Source: a bacterium (GTDB lineage Bacteria; RBG-13-61-14; DATKZS01). Taken from it: a stretch of DNA of 64,000 nt. The stretch is from contig CAXXFL010000003.1 in the NCBI GenBank assembly GCA_963674965.2, positions 32,001 to 96,000 of the forward strand, in the 5' to 3' direction. Under the pieces are notes generated by a model. It searched no databases. It saw only the letters and a list, made by a program, of their open reading frames with translations, and was not told the origin of the DNA. A program made the position numbers and the translations under genes. Of this stretch, positions 51,400-61,520 are shown one piece after another (the first letter of the stretch is position 1; each line of letters opens with the position of its first letter).

Positions 51400-53499
51400 A
51401 TGAAAATAAAGTATCTCCCGCTGATCGGCGCGATCATCCCGGCGGTCGCCGCGGCCCTTGTCCTTAGAAACGGCCTGGACGCCTGGTTTATCGCGGACGA
51501 CTTCGTGCACCTGGGGCATATGAAGTTCCTCAGCGGGCCCGCCGATTTTTGGACCACCCCCTTTTTCGGGCTCAGCGTTTTCCGGCCTTTGGCCCATACC
51601 GCCATGCAGCTCACGGGCCAGTGGTGGGGCCTGTCGCCCCGGAGCCTTCACGGCTTCGACATGGTCCTTCACTGCCTCAGCTCGGCCCTGGTCACGGTCC
51701 TGGCCTTTCGGCTTTTCTCGAGCGCCAAGGCGTATAAAGACGCCGAGACGGACGGCTCGAGAACGGCTATTCTTCCGGCCCTCTCCGCGGGCCTAGTTTT
51801 CGCCGTGCATCCGGTGGGATCGCTTACCGCCGCCTGGTTCTGTTGCCGGACCGACCTTATGGCCATGCCCTTTTCCCTTCTTGCCTTGATAGCCGCCTCG
51901 GGCAAGGGGGTCCCCAGGCCGGGCCGCCAATTGCTTATCATGGCCTTGGTTATGGCGGCCCTGCTTTGCAAGGTCACGCACCTGGCCCTTTTCCTCATGG
52001 TTTTCGCTACGGCCTTTACGGCCAATGGGGACGAGCCGATCAAGAGGCGTGGCTACATGGCCTTCGCCTCGGCCTTGCCGGCTTTTAACGCCACCCTTTT
52101 TTACCTCATGTACCGGATGGTCGTGCTTAACGGGATGGGAGGATACGCCGACGCGCCCCCCGGCCTGGCCGGTATATATAGCGTGGCCGCCTATCACCTT
52201 CCCCTGGTGATCGAGGCGGCGGCCCGGGGCCTGACCCTGCACCACATGGCCAGGGACCACGAGCTGTACGTTCCCATAGTGGCCGCCCTTGGGGCCATCG
52301 TTTTACTGGGGGCCCCGGCGACTTTGATAAGGGGGAAAAGGTTCGTCCTTTTTGGCCTCGTTATCGCGGGGCTGGGTCTTCTTCCCGTCTGGAATTTGTC
52401 TCACATGATTTCCTACAGGGCGGACAGGCTCCTGTATCTTTCATCTTTGGGCTACGCCATGCTGGTGGGAACGGCGGTTTACGCGCCCGTCCGGCTGGAG
52501 ATAAAATGGGGGGCCGCCGGGGCCGCGGCAACCTTATCGGCGCTGCTGGGCCTGATTTCGGTTCAGGCGGTGGGCGACTGGAAAGGGGAGGCGGCCCAGA
52601 ACCTCGAGTTGGCCAAGGCCCTGGCCGGGCACGTGGAGAAGGCCGGAGAGAACGGCGGAGTCAGGCGCTATTACGTTCTGGGACTGGGGCCCGAGCACTA
52701 CTACCTGGACATGATGGTAAAGCTGGTCCTGGACGAGAAATACTACGGCCGCGAGATAGTGCTGGGCGACCATGACAGCTTCCTTTGGCTGGGCAAAAAG
52801 TATTATCATCCGGAGGAAAAGACGGACGTTCCCGCCGAGGCCCTGCCCGTGAAAACCTCTCACCCCACCGATAAGGAACTCGCCTACGTGACCGTCACCC
52901 CGCCGGACCTGTTAATCGCCGCGGCCTGGGACGACTCGTCTCGAACGCTCGAGTGGAAGAACGGGTCCATCAAGGACGTGACCTCCAGGCTGAAGGCCCT
53001 CGAGAAGAGACGCAAGTTCGCCCGCATCAGGGTGAGCGCAAGGCCGACCATGCTGCCAAGTTACGGCTTTCGCAAGACGCCCCTCGGGTTCGACTGGCTC
53101 ACCTCTCCGGAGCTTGAGAGGATCGACCCGGAAAAAAACGGCGAGCCTTATACCTTCGTGGCCGCGGACAACGACCCCTATTTGATCTCTCCCGACGTCT
53201 TTCTCAAGCCCCTTATGGTCTCGGCCCTAACTCTCGAGATGGCCCTGCCGGCAAGGACCTATCTTCCTCCCGCGGAAAGCCAGGGCTGCCTCATGTGGAG
53301 GACCAAGGGCAATCCCGGCTTCACGAGGGACAAGATAGTATGTTTCCCCGTGGTGCCCGACGGCGAGGTCCACGAGTACAGGATCGACCTTTCCAGGAAC
53401 GTCCACTGGTCGCTCTCGGGCACGGTCACCGGCATCCGCCTCGATCCCATCTCCTACAAGTCGTCCTTCAGATTGATAAGGATCGATTTCGAGTCCTGA
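51400..53499 (+). CDS. Polytopic membrane protein, GT-C (PMT/TMTC-like) glycosyltransferase
   Basis: WFIADDF, FRPL, LFAVHP-like FAVHP, DRLLYL; about 11 TM segments; C-terminal soluble domain ending RLDP. Confidence 0.6.
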   Translation: MKIKYLPLIGAIIPAVAAALVLRNGLDAWFIADDFVHLGHMKFLSGPADFWTTPFFGLSVFRPLAHTAMQLTGQWWGLSPRSLHGFDMVLHCLSSALVTVLAFRLFSSAKAYKDAETDGSRTAILPALSAGLVFAVHPVGSLTAAWFCCRTDLMAMPFSLLALIAASGKGVPRPGRQLLIMALVMAALLCKVTHLALFLMVFATAFTANGDEPIKRRGYMAFASALPAFNATLFYLMYRMVVLNGMGGYADAPPGLAGIYSVAAYHLPLVIEAAARGLTLHHMARDHELYVPIVAALGAIVLLGAPATLIRGKRFVLFGLVIAGLGLLPVWNLSHMISYRADRLLYLSSLGYAMLVGTAVYAPVRLEIKWGAAGAAATLSALLGLISVQAVGDWKGEAAQNLELAKALAGHVEKAGENGGVRRYYVLGLGPEHYYLDMMVKLVLDEKYYGREIVLGDHDSFLWLGKKYYHPEEKTDVPAEALPVKTSHPTDKELAYVTVTPPDLLIAAAWDDSSRTLEWKNGSIKDVTSRLKALEKRRKFARIRVSARPTMLPSYGFRKTPLGFDWLTSPELERIDPEKNGEPYTFVAADNDPYLISPDVFLKPLMVSALTLEMALPARTYLPPAESQGCLMWRTKGNPGFTRDKIVCFPVVPDGEVHEYRIDLSRNVHWSLSGTVTGIRLDPISYKSSFRLIRIDFES

Positions 53500-53534
53500 G
53501 CCGCGTATTGCCCCTTCGGCTTACCACCTCGGCC

Positions 53535-54842
53535 TCATGGTCCCGCGCCCCCGAGCAGGAAGCGCCAGGCGGGAACGACCTCTATCGTCCCGGCGTCGAC
53601 CTTTATGGTCTCCTCCTCGCCTCGGGTTACTATCATGGACGTCGCAAGTTTTAACTCGGTCATCGCCTCGGTGAGAGACGCGACCTCCCTTTTGCGCGTC
53701 TTGGGATGGGCCAGGGATTCGCAAGCCTGGACCAGAAGACGGGAGCGGTCTTTCAGTCTGGCCACGAAATCGACCTCGGCCCCGCTCCGGGTCTTGTAAT
53801 AGTACACGTCCGGCGTCTCGCGCCTAAGGGTGACGAACGTAAGGTTCTCGAGAAGATGGCCGGAATTGACGAGAACGCCCGAGGACGTCGAGGTTACAAG
53901 AGCGTGATCGATACAATAGACTTTTTTCGGGTTGGCCTTGCTGCGCGACAGTGAAGCGTCGAACAGGCGGACGGTAAACAGGAAGTAGGCGTCCTCCAGC
54001 CATTCCAGGTAATCCGATACGGAAGACTTGGGGACCTTATGGCCCAAGGACTTAAGGTAACCCGTCAAAGCGTTGATAGAGTAAAGGGACGCCGCGTTGT
54101 CTATCAGCCAGTGGGCCAGGTCGGTTACGGCCCGGGGATGGGACACGTCGTGCCGCTCGACCAGGTCGCGGAAAAGCACGGCTTGCAGATACTCCTGGTG
54201 GATTTTTATCCGGAGGGGATAATCTTGTCCCGCCACCTCCGGAAAGCCGCCCGTTTCCCAATATTCCTCGAAGGCTTTCTGGACCAGAAGACGCCGCTTG
54301 GTCGATAAAGGCCCCTTGGCTTCAATGCCTTTGAATTCGAGGAACTCGCGGAAGGAAAAAGGGAATATCTCCCATGAGAGGGCCCGGCCCCGCATCTGGG
54401 TGGCGATTTCCCTGGACAGCATCCGGGAGGAGGAGCCAGTCAGGAATACCTCGCAATTCTCCGAGCGCATGAGCCGGTCAACGAACGGTTCCCAGCCCTC
54501 GAGAGCCTGGATTTCATCGAAGAAGCAGTAGACCTTCTCGGCGTTTTTCTTTTCCGGGTATAGCGAGTAGTAAGCCTCCGTTATCAAGCCGAGGTCTTGC
54601 CTTTTAAGGCCGTGAAGGCGGTCGTCAAAAAAATTAAGATAAAGGACGTTTTCGCGAGGTACCCCAGCTTTCTCGAGCCGTTCTATTATCTGATAAAGAT
54701 AAGTGGACTTGCCGCCTCGGCGCACTCCTATAAAAACGGTGGCTTTGCCGGCGACCGACTGAAACGGCAACCTTCTGGGCACTCCGGTATCCAGTTCGAG
54801 TTCCTGGAAATCGAGCAAGATGGATTTTATTGTATTTATCAT
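53535..54842 (-). CDS. AAA_14/DUF4143 ATP-binding protein (COG1373)
   Basis: GVRRGGKST, FFDEIQ, LTGSSS, MRGR, GGFPE, KKVYCID, EVDF. Confidence 0.9.
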   Translation of the reverse strand: MINTIKSILLDFQELELDTGVPRRLPFQSVAGKATVFIGVRRGGKSTYLYQIIERLEKAGVPRENVLYLNFFDDRLHGLKRQDLGLITEAYYSLYPEKKNAEKVYCFFDEIQALEGWEPFVDRLMRSENCEVFLTGSSSRMLSREIATQMRGRALSWEIFPFSFREFLEFKGIEAKGPLSTKRRLLVQKAFEEYWETGGFPEVAGQDYPLRIKIHQEYLQAVLFRDLVERHDVSHPRAVTDLAHWLIDNAASLYSINALTGYLKSLGHKVPKSSVSDYLEWLEDAYFLFTVRLFDASLSRSKANPKKVYCIDHALVTSTSSGVLVNSGHLLENLTFVTLRRETPDVYYYKTRSGAEVDFVARLKDRSRLLVQACESLAHPKTRKREVASLTEAMTELKLATSMIVTRGEEETIKVDAGTIEVVPAWRFLLGGAGP

Positions 54843-55031
54843 ATCCTTATAATTGGTAAATTAAATTACCACTTTTAATATATATCGGCAATAATAATAC
54901 CCGATTATCCGGGGAGCGTCAAGCAAAATCACGGAGCCGTTAATAAAGCCAGCCGTTTGAAGTTGTCTTGCAGGAAGCCGGGACTATAATCATGGATGGG
55001 GCCGCGCGATCGAACTGGCCCCGGGGGTGAC

Positions 55032-56489
55032 ATGAAAAACGACGATAATACCAGGGCCGCCTTTTGGCCGGCCAACACGATCAAAATAATCGCTCTCGTC
55101 CTTTGCTTTTCCTCCCTGGCGGTGATCGCCGCGGCGAGGTTTCTTCCCTTGTCTTCCGACGCGAGGGAAACGGGCGCCATTAAAAAAGCGGTCCCAGCCA
55201 ATGCGGAGCGTCCCACCGCCTCCGAGACGGATAAGCCGGATCAATTAGATGCCCCGGCCGAGCTCGCCCAGGCGGTCATGCCCGACCCGTCAAGCGCGAC
55301 GCCCTCCGACTCCGGCGCGGACTTGCCCAAGAGGGCCGTGAAGAAGGAGGCCCCATCCCCGCCCACCATCCGGATAGCCTCGGCCGGCGACATTATGATG
55401 CAAAGGAAATGCAACCGCTCGGCCGCGCAGAAATCCAAGGGCGACGAGAACAACTTCGGATACGACGGGCTCTTCCCGGGCCTGGCCGACGCCTTTACCG
55501 ACTCCGACGTGGTCCTGGGCAACCTCGAGCTTCCCGTGTTCGAGAAGATGAAGCCCGAGCGCTCGATGGTGTTCAACGCCCCTCCCGCCCTGCTTCACGC
55601 CCTGAAGAAGGCGGGCTTCACCCTGCTTACGGCCGCCAACAACCACGCTTACGACCACGGCCGGATCAGTCCCGAGTCGACCTACATGCACTGCACCTTG
55701 AGCGGCATCCCCTGCCTCGGGGTCGGGCCGAGCCGCGAGGAGGCGGAAAAACCTTATGTCGTCGGGCCGCCGGAAATGAGGATAGCCGTCATCGGGTACT
55801 CGACCCTGGCCAACTCGAACCTTAACCGGAGCGACCCGGCCGTCGCTCGCGTCAACGGCTATGGCTACGACGACCTTATCGGCCAGGTGAAAGAATGCGC
55901 GGCCAAGTACGACGGGGTGGTGGTGGAGGTCCACTGGGGCGTGGAATACACGACTTCCCCCATCGGCTCGCAAAAGGTACGGGCCAAGCAGCTGGTGGAA
56001 GCGGGCGCCAGCCTGGTGTTTGGCCACCATCCCCACGTGCTCGAGCCCATCGTTCCCATGACCGCGAGCGACGGCCGCCGCGCCCTGGTGGCCTATTCCC
56101 TGGGCAACTTCATCACCAACCAGGGCGGAAGGTCACTTTCCTCGACCACCAGGCTGGGCAACGTGCTCAAGGTGGACTTGACCAGGACGGAGAAGGGCGT
56201 CGAGGTAACGAGCTGGGATTCGATGCCAAGCTGGGTCCACAACAAGACCGCGGTCGTGGACGGCAAAAGGGTCGAGGACGTCCACGTCCAGATATGCGAC
56301 CTCGAAATCTGGAAGCTCGAGAAAAAACTGGCCAAGGAGCAAGACGAGTCAGCGAAAAAATCGATCCAAAGGGAAATCCAGTTTTACAGGGACAGGATCA
56401 AACAGGCCGAGAACATATTGATCAATCCTTCCGGTCCCAAGGCAAAGGACGTGGCCAGGGCGTCCGACTCGAGCGCCCCCGGCAAGTAA
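55032..56489 (+). CDS. CapA/PGA_cap family metallophosphoesterase
   Basis: AGDIM, GNLE, ANNHAYD.G, HWGVEY, GHHPHVLEP, YSLGNF. Confidence 0.9.
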   Translation: MKNDDNTRAAFWPANTIKIIALVLCFSSLAVIAAARFLPLSSDARETGAIKKAVPANAERPTASETDKPDQLDAPAELAQAVMPDPSSATPSDSGADLPKRAVKKEAPSPPTIRIASAGDIMMQRKCNRSAAQKSKGDENNFGYDGLFPGLADAFTDSDVVLGNLELPVFEKMKPERSMVFNAPPALLHALKKAGFTLLTAANNHAYDHGRISPESTYMHCTLSGIPCLGVGPSREEAEKPYVVGPPEMRIAVIGYSTLANSNLNRSDPAVARVNGYGYDDLIGQVKECAAKYDGVVVEVHWGVEYTTSPIGSQKVRAKQLVEAGASLVFGHHPHVLEPIVPMTASDGRRALVAYSLGNFITNQGGRSLSSTTRLGNVLKVDLTRTEKGVEVTSWDSMPSWVHNKTAVVDGKRVEDVHVQICDLEIWKLEKKLAKEQDESAKKSIQREIQFYRDRIKQAENILINPSGPKAKDVARASDSSAPGK

Positions 56490-56493
56490 GGCC

Positions 56494-57261
56494 CTATTCC
56501 CCCAGCGTTCTCTTTAGAAAATTATAGGAGTCCATAAGTCCGGGCGAGAGCGCGTTTATAAGGGCCACCTCGAGGCCCGCGCCCGCCAGCGTGGAAAGGC
56601 AGTTGCTCTCCAGCGACGCGGGATACTCCCTTCGCCTCGCGCTGAGTAAATTCGAGATGCCCGCCATGGTACGCGCCGGCCCTCCCAGTATCTCGCCGCT
56701 TGATAGCGCCCTGACGGCCAAAACGGCTCCTTTTAAATGGGCGTGGAAATCGGGCCAGGCCACGTTGGGCAGGACGGGATCGAATATCATCCGCTCGAGG
56801 GGAACGCCGGCGCTCGAGGCCAGTCCATAAAGAGATATGGCAACGGCGATCTTCTCGTCCGGCTCGGGCGGGCAAAGCGACCTTTCGTCCAGCAGCAAAA
56901 GGACCAAATCGGACCCCGACTCGGCGGCCAGGGGAAGTATCTCGGCCAGCTTGGCGGGCTCGAGGGTGACGGCGCTGATAACCGGCGTTTGGCGGCATAC
57001 CGAGAGTCCTCGCTCGATGATTTTGGGATTGGGGCTGTCCAGGATCAGGCGGCGCGACGAGACCTCCTGGACCGCCTCGACCAGGAACTCGACGCGATCT
57101 TGCTTTTTAGCCGAGAGGTACCCGGGGTTGACGTCGATCCAGTCCGCGCCCGCCTTGTCGAGCCTTCCCGCCAGTTCCCGGACCGGCCCGGGATCGAGGC
57201 GCCTCATGGCCTCGGCCACCTTCGGGTTCAGGGCGTTCAGGTTGTCGGCCGCGAGTATCAT
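56494..57261 (-). CDS. Pterin-binding protein (AcsE/methyltetrahydrofolate methyltransferase-like)
   Basis: GADWIDVN, LILDSPNP, IFDPV, TMAGISN. Confidence 0.75.
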   Translation of the reverse strand: MILAADNLNALNPKVAEAMRRLDPGPVRELAGRLDKAGADWIDVNPGYLSAKKQDRVEFLVEAVQEVSSRRLILDSPNPKIIERGLSVCRQTPVISAVTLEPAKLAEILPLAAESGSDLVLLLLDERSLCPPEPDEKIAVAISLYGLASSAGVPLERMIFDPVLPNVAWPDFHAHLKGAVLAVRALSSGEILGGPARTMAGISNLLSARRREYPASLESNCLSTLAGAGLEVALINALSPGLMDSYNFLKRTLGE

Positions 57262-57286
57262 GGCGCCATTTGGGGCGGGACGAGGC

Positions 57287-57670
57287 TCAATCCGGCTTTC
57301 CTTCCAGGTCGGCCATGAGCTTCTCGAGGGATTCCAACTGGTAGGGTTTTTCCAGGAAAGCGGCGGCCCCGAGTCCTTTGTATTTATCTCGCGAGTTTTT
57401 CTGGCTCATGCCGCTGGCGAGGACCACGCGGACCTTGGGATCGATTTTTCGCAGCTCGGCCAGGGTTTCCTCGCCGCCCATGCCGGGCATGACCAGGTCC
57501 AGAATGACCAGGCACGCCTCATCGCGAAGCTCGGCGTATTTCTCGACGGCCTTTTTTCCGCTCGAGGCGGATACGACCTCGAGGCCCAACTCTCCGAGCA
57601 TGATCTCGGCCGCGACAAGGACCCCCTTGTCGTCGTCTACCAGTAATACCTTTTTCAACTTTGCGCCCAC
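57287..57670 (-). CDS. Single-domain response regulator
   Basis: VLLVDDD, LDLVMPGMGG, LASG, KPY. Confidence 0.88.
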   Translation of the reverse strand: MGAKLKKVLLVDDDKGVLVAAEIMLGELGLEVVSASSGKKAVEKYAELRDEACLVILDLVMPGMGGEETLAELRKIDPKVRVVLASGMSQKNSRDKYKGLGAAAFLEKPYQLESLEKLMADLEGKPD

Positions 57671-57726
57671 GCTCGCGGCGGTTGCCGCGCGTTTACAAGT
57701 CTATTCGCCAAAAGGGGACAAGGCAA

Positions 57727-57760
57727 GAAAAGAGGGGCCCGCCGGATCGGCGAGCCCCTC
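57727..57760 (-). terminator. Intrinsic terminator after the SDR gene
   Basis: GAGGGGC.CGCCG-atc-CGGCG.GCCCCTC followed by TTTTCTT on the minus strand. Confidence 0.6.
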
Positions 57761-57779
57761 CTCCAGGAAAGAAAGCCGA

Positions 57780-58691
57780 TTATTTCTTGGCCATGATTTT
57801 CTGGAACGCCGGCATTCCGGCCTCCATGGCGTTCTTGAACTCCTTGGCCCCCTCCATGTTGGTGATTTCCTTCCAGGCCCCGAGCACGTCCTCGGGGGTG
57901 ATCTCCTTGTCGATGTCCAGGAAGGTCCCCTTGCCGTGAAGGATGGCCACCTTGGCGAAGAAGCCGCCGCCGACCGCGTAGACGCCGCCGCTTCCCGGGC
58001 ACTTGTCCGAGCAAAGCAGTCCGACCAGGGGCGAGACGAACTCGGGCTTTAAGGCCTCGACCACGTTGGGGGGCATGACCGTCTCGGTCAGCCTCGAGCC
58101 GGCCAGGGGCGCGATGGTGTTGGTCATGATGTTGTACTTGGCCCCCTCGATCTGGAGTGTGTTGGCCAGTCCCAGGATGCCGAGCTTGGCGGCCGAGTAG
58201 TTGGTCTGGCCGAAGTTTCCGAACAGTCCGGCGGCGCTGGTGGTCATGACGATACGGCCGTATTTTTTCTCCCTCATGATGGGGAAGGCGGCCTTGGTGA
58301 CGTTCCTCGATCCGAGGAGGTGGACCTTGAGCACCAAGTCCCAGTCGTTGTCCGTCTGCTTGAGGAAGGACACGTCGCGCAGGATGCCCGCGTTGTTGAT
58401 CACGATGTCGATGGTGCCGAAGTTGTCCACCGCCGTCTTGACGATCTTGTCGCCGTTGGCCACGTCGTTAAAGTCGGGAACGGCCTCGCCGCCCGCGGCC
58501 TTGATCTCGTCGCACACCTTCTGGGCCGGCGTGTTCGAGCCGTCGCCGCTTCCGTCCATGGCCCCGCCCAGGTCGTTAACCACGACCTTGGCTCCCCTCG
58601 AGCCCAAGAGCAGGGCGTGCGCCCTTCCCAGACCGGCGCCGGCGCCGGTTACGATCGCTACCTTGCCTTCAAATTTTACGTCGTCTCCCAT
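57780..58691 (-). CDS. SDR oxidoreductase, MFE-2-type 3-hydroxyacyl-CoA dehydrogenase
   Basis: TGAGAGLG, VVVNDLGG, NNAGILRD, GNFGQTNYSAAK. Confidence 0.92.
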   Translation of the reverse strand: MGDDVKFEGKVAIVTGAGAGLGRAHALLLGSRGAKVVVNDLGGAMDGSGDGSNTPAQKVCDEIKAAGGEAVPDFNDVANGDKIVKTAVDNFGTIDIVINNAGILRDVSFLKQTDNDWDLVLKVHLLGSRNVTKAAFPIMREKKYGRIVMTTSAAGLFGNFGQTNYSAAKLGILGLANTLQIEGAKYNIMTNTIAPLAGSRLTETVMPPNVVEALKPEFVSPLVGLLCSDKCPGSGGVYAVGGGFFAKVAILHGKGTFLDIDKEITPEDVLGAWKEITNMEGAKEFKNAMEAGMPAFQKIMAKK

Positions 58692-58755
58692 TTTTTCCTC
58701 CTACCTTATTTTTTCGTTATTCGTTTCGCGCGAATCGGTATCCGCGATTATTCCC

Positions 58756-59967
58756 TTAAGCGTCGTACTTGCCCACGATGGATATGGAGCACACGTTCAT
58801 GAAGGGGAAACCGCCCAGGTTGTGGGTCAGTCCCAGCTTCGGGTTATCGAGCTGCCTCTTGTCGGCCCTTCCCTGCAGCTGGAGGTACATCTCGTAGAGC
58901 ATGCGGAGTCCCGAGGCCCCGATGGGGTGCCCGAAGCACTTGAGCCCGCCGTCCACCTGGCAGGGGACCCCGCCGCCGTCGCGGTTGAAGAAGCCGTCCA
59001 TTACGTCCTTGATGGCCCCGCCGCGGGGGGAGATATGCAGGTCCTCCATGGTCACCAGCTCGGTGATCGAGAAGCAGTCGTGGACCTCCATCATGCTGAT
59101 TTCCTTGCGCGGGTCCTTGACCCCGGCCTCCTCGTAGGCCCGGGTCGAGCATTTGTCCGTGGTCACGAAGTGGTCGCCCAGCCACTCGTTGTACCCGAAC
59201 TCGTACCCGTTCGAGAGCGCGAGCTGAATGGCCTTGACCGACACCAGGTCCTTCTTGCCCATCTGTTTGGCTATCTCCGGGGTGGTGACGATGGCGCAGG
59301 CCGAGCCGTCGGACACGCCGCAGCAGTCGAAGAGCCCGAGGGGGTCCGCGATGATGGGGGAGTTGAGTATCCTCTCGACCGGGACCTCCTTGGTCAGGTG
59401 GGCCTTGGGGTTGAGGGTCCCGTTCTTGTGGCTCTTGGACGACACGTGGGCCAGGGCCAGCTTGAGGTCCTCCCTCTTGACGTTGTAGCGGGCGCGATAG
59501 GCGCTGGCGAGCTGGGCGAAGCTGCCCGGCGCGGTGATGTTGGGAAGGCGCATAAAGTTGGTGGGACCGCCGCTCGAGCCGAGGTTGGGCAGTCCGCCGT
59601 ACCCGGTGTCCTTGAGCTTTTCCACTCCCAGGGCCAGGCATATGTCATACGCGCCGGAGGCCACGGCGTAGCAGGCTCCCCTGAAGGCCTCGGTCCCGGT
59701 GGCGCAGAAGTTCTCGACCCTGGTCACGGGGATGAAGGGAAGCCTGAGGGTGGTGGGAAGGGGAAGGGCGGAGAGGCCCACGTTGATGGCCTCGAGGGCC
59801 GACCCGAACCAGGCCGCCTGTATTTCCTTCTTCTCGATCCCGGCGTCCTCGAGGCACTCGAGGAAGGCCTCGACCATGAGGTCCTCGGGGCTGTCCATCC
59901 AGCGCTCCCCGAACTTGGTGCAGCCCATGCCGAGGATGACGACTTTATCTCTTATTCCAGTTGCCAT
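58756..59967 (-). CDS. Thiolase-family protein (SCP2/acetyl-CoA acetyltransferase-like)
   Basis: VENFCATG, CCGVSDG, EVHDCFSITE, GGLKCFGHPIGASG; RBS GGAGG. Confidence 0.92.
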   Translation of the reverse strand: MATGIRDKVVILGMGCTKFGERWMDSPEDLMVEAFLECLEDAGIEKKEIQAAWFGSALEAINVGLSALPLPTTLRLPFIPVTRVENFCATGTEAFRGACYAVASGAYDICLALGVEKLKDTGYGGLPNLGSSGGPTNFMRLPNITAPGSFAQLASAYRARYNVKREDLKLALAHVSSKSHKNGTLNPKAHLTKEVPVERILNSPIIADPLGLFDCCGVSDGSACAIVTTPEIAKQMGKKDLVSVKAIQLALSNGYEFGYNEWLGDHFVTTDKCSTRAYEEAGVKDPRKEISMMEVHDCFSITELVTMEDLHISPRGGAIKDVMDGFFNRDGGGVPCQVDGGLKCFGHPIGASGLRMLYEMYLQLQGRADKRQLDNPKLGLTHNLGGFPFMNVCSISIVGKYDA

Positions 59968-59981
59968 TTTCCATACCTCCC

Positions 59982-61451
59982 TTACGACCCTTCCTGGCCG
60001 GCGGCCGCGGGAGCCGCTTTCCAGAAATAGCCGGAAAAACCGCGCTGCTCGTCGTAATACTTTTTCCGGAAGCTCATCTTGACCGGCACGCCGACCTCGA
60101 CGTCGGCCGCCTCGCAGTCCGTGAAGTCCATCATCATGCGGCCGCCCTCGTCGAACTGTACCATGCCGTAGATGGCGGGCGGGTCGACGCTGACCGCCAG
60201 CATGTCGGCGGTAAAGGTCAGTATCTTGGCCGAGCGGTCGGCGAACTCGACGGGGTCTTGCGAGTCCACGGCTCCGCAGCTGGGGTTGACGCATATGCGC
60301 TGGGACGGTATCTGGGGAACTCCGCACTCTCGGCAGACGCCGCCCACGAAGCCCAGGATGTTCCTGCGGTTTCTCCAGAGCGCGGAGAGGGCGGTCTGCT
60401 TGGGGGCCTCGGCCCTGATGCCCATTTCCGTCTCGATCACCTCGCGGAACTTGAGGAACTTGGTATAGGCCTTCTCCGTTTTCTTGCGGGCCAGGTGGCC
60501 GCTCACGGCCTGGCGGGCGGGCAGGTCCTTGATCTTGTCGGTGACCTGGAAAATGAGGGCGTCGGACCCCTGTCCGAAGCTGGCCACCAGTATCTTGTCT
60601 CCGGGCTTGGCCGTCTCGAGCTCTCGGGCCAGCATTATGAGGGGATGGGCCACGCCGCACTCGCCGGTCTCGACGTGCATGTTGGGCACGATCTGCTCGG
60701 GCGATGCGCCCAGGGCCTTTCCTATCCCGCCGTGGGGACCGGCGCCGAGGAAGCAAGGATAGATCACGCGGCTTACGTCCTTAAGCTCGACGCCGGCTTT
60801 CTTGAGGACCCCGCCCATGGCCTGGGCGTAGATTTTCATGTAGCCCTCGTCGCGTATCCAGCGCTCCTCCCAGTTGTAGTCGTAGCGCTCGCCCGCGCCC
60901 CGGTAGTGGTCCACGAAGTCGTGGGTCACCGAGAAGGTCCCCAGGCACTCCGCGATCACGTCGTCCTCGCCGAGCAAAAGGGCCGCGGCGCCGTCGCCGA
61001 ACCACAGCTCGTGGAACCAGGCCGCCTTGGTGATACGGTTGTCCGAGGCCGCCACCAGGACGTTCTTCATGTCGCTTCCCTTGACTCTCTCGAGGGCGGC
61101 CACCAGGGCCGAGGTCCCGGCCTTCTGGGTCGAGGTGAAGTCCGAGGAGGACACCTCGTCCTTCAGGTTGAGGGCCGTCGCCAGGATGCCGGCGTTGTCC
61201 CGGTCGGCGAAGGGCATGCTGGTCGAGGCCATCGAGACCGCGTCCACTTTCGACTTGTCCATGCCCGCCAGGCAGTCCCGGCTCGCCGCCACCGCCATGG
61301 TCAGGGCGTCCTCATCGTAGTTGCACATGGTGCGCTCGCCCTGGACCGCGGTAATCAAGCCGGGAGCCAGCCAGCTCATCGACATGTACATGGCCATCCG
61401 ATCCATGCGGAACCTGGGCAGATACGCTCCGTAAGATACTATTCCCGCCAT
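59982..61451 (-). CDS. HMG-CoA-synthase-like protein fused to DUF35 Zn-ribbon/OB-fold domain
   Basis: MAGIVSYGAYLPR, DEDALTMAV, GDGAAA, ASFGQG; C-terminal CRECG..PSQRIC..C, YFWKA. Confidence 0.85.
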   Translation of the reverse strand: MAGIVSYGAYLPRFRMDRMAMYMSMSWLAPGLITAVQGERTMCNYDEDALTMAVAASRDCLAGMDKSKVDAVSMASTSMPFADRDNAGILATALNLKDEVSSSDFTSTQKAGTSALVAALERVKGSDMKNVLVAASDNRITKAAWFHELWFGDGAAALLLGEDDVIAECLGTFSVTHDFVDHYRGAGERYDYNWEERWIRDEGYMKIYAQAMGGVLKKAGVELKDVSRVIYPCFLGAGPHGGIGKALGASPEQIVPNMHVETGECGVAHPLIMLARELETAKPGDKILVASFGQGSDALIFQVTDKIKDLPARQAVSGHLARKKTEKAYTKFLKFREVIETEMGIRAEAPKQTALSALWRNRRNILGFVGGVCRECGVPQIPSQRICVNPSCGAVDSQDPVEFADRSAKILTFTADMLAVSVDPPAIYGMVQFDEGGRMMMDFTDCEAADVEVGVPVKMSFRKKYYDEQRGFSGYFWKAAPAAAGQEGS

Positions 61452-61520
61452 TTATTTACCTCCTTGAATAGGTCCCGTTCCACCGAGGGGTACGGGCCGT
61501 ATACCTGACCGCCGGGCCCC

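Noticed and set aside
59968-60756. 666-aa version of the thiolase ORF (possible fusion)
   Set aside because: The extension is an Arg-rich off-frame read overlapping the HMGS-like gene; the real start is 59967 with an RBS.
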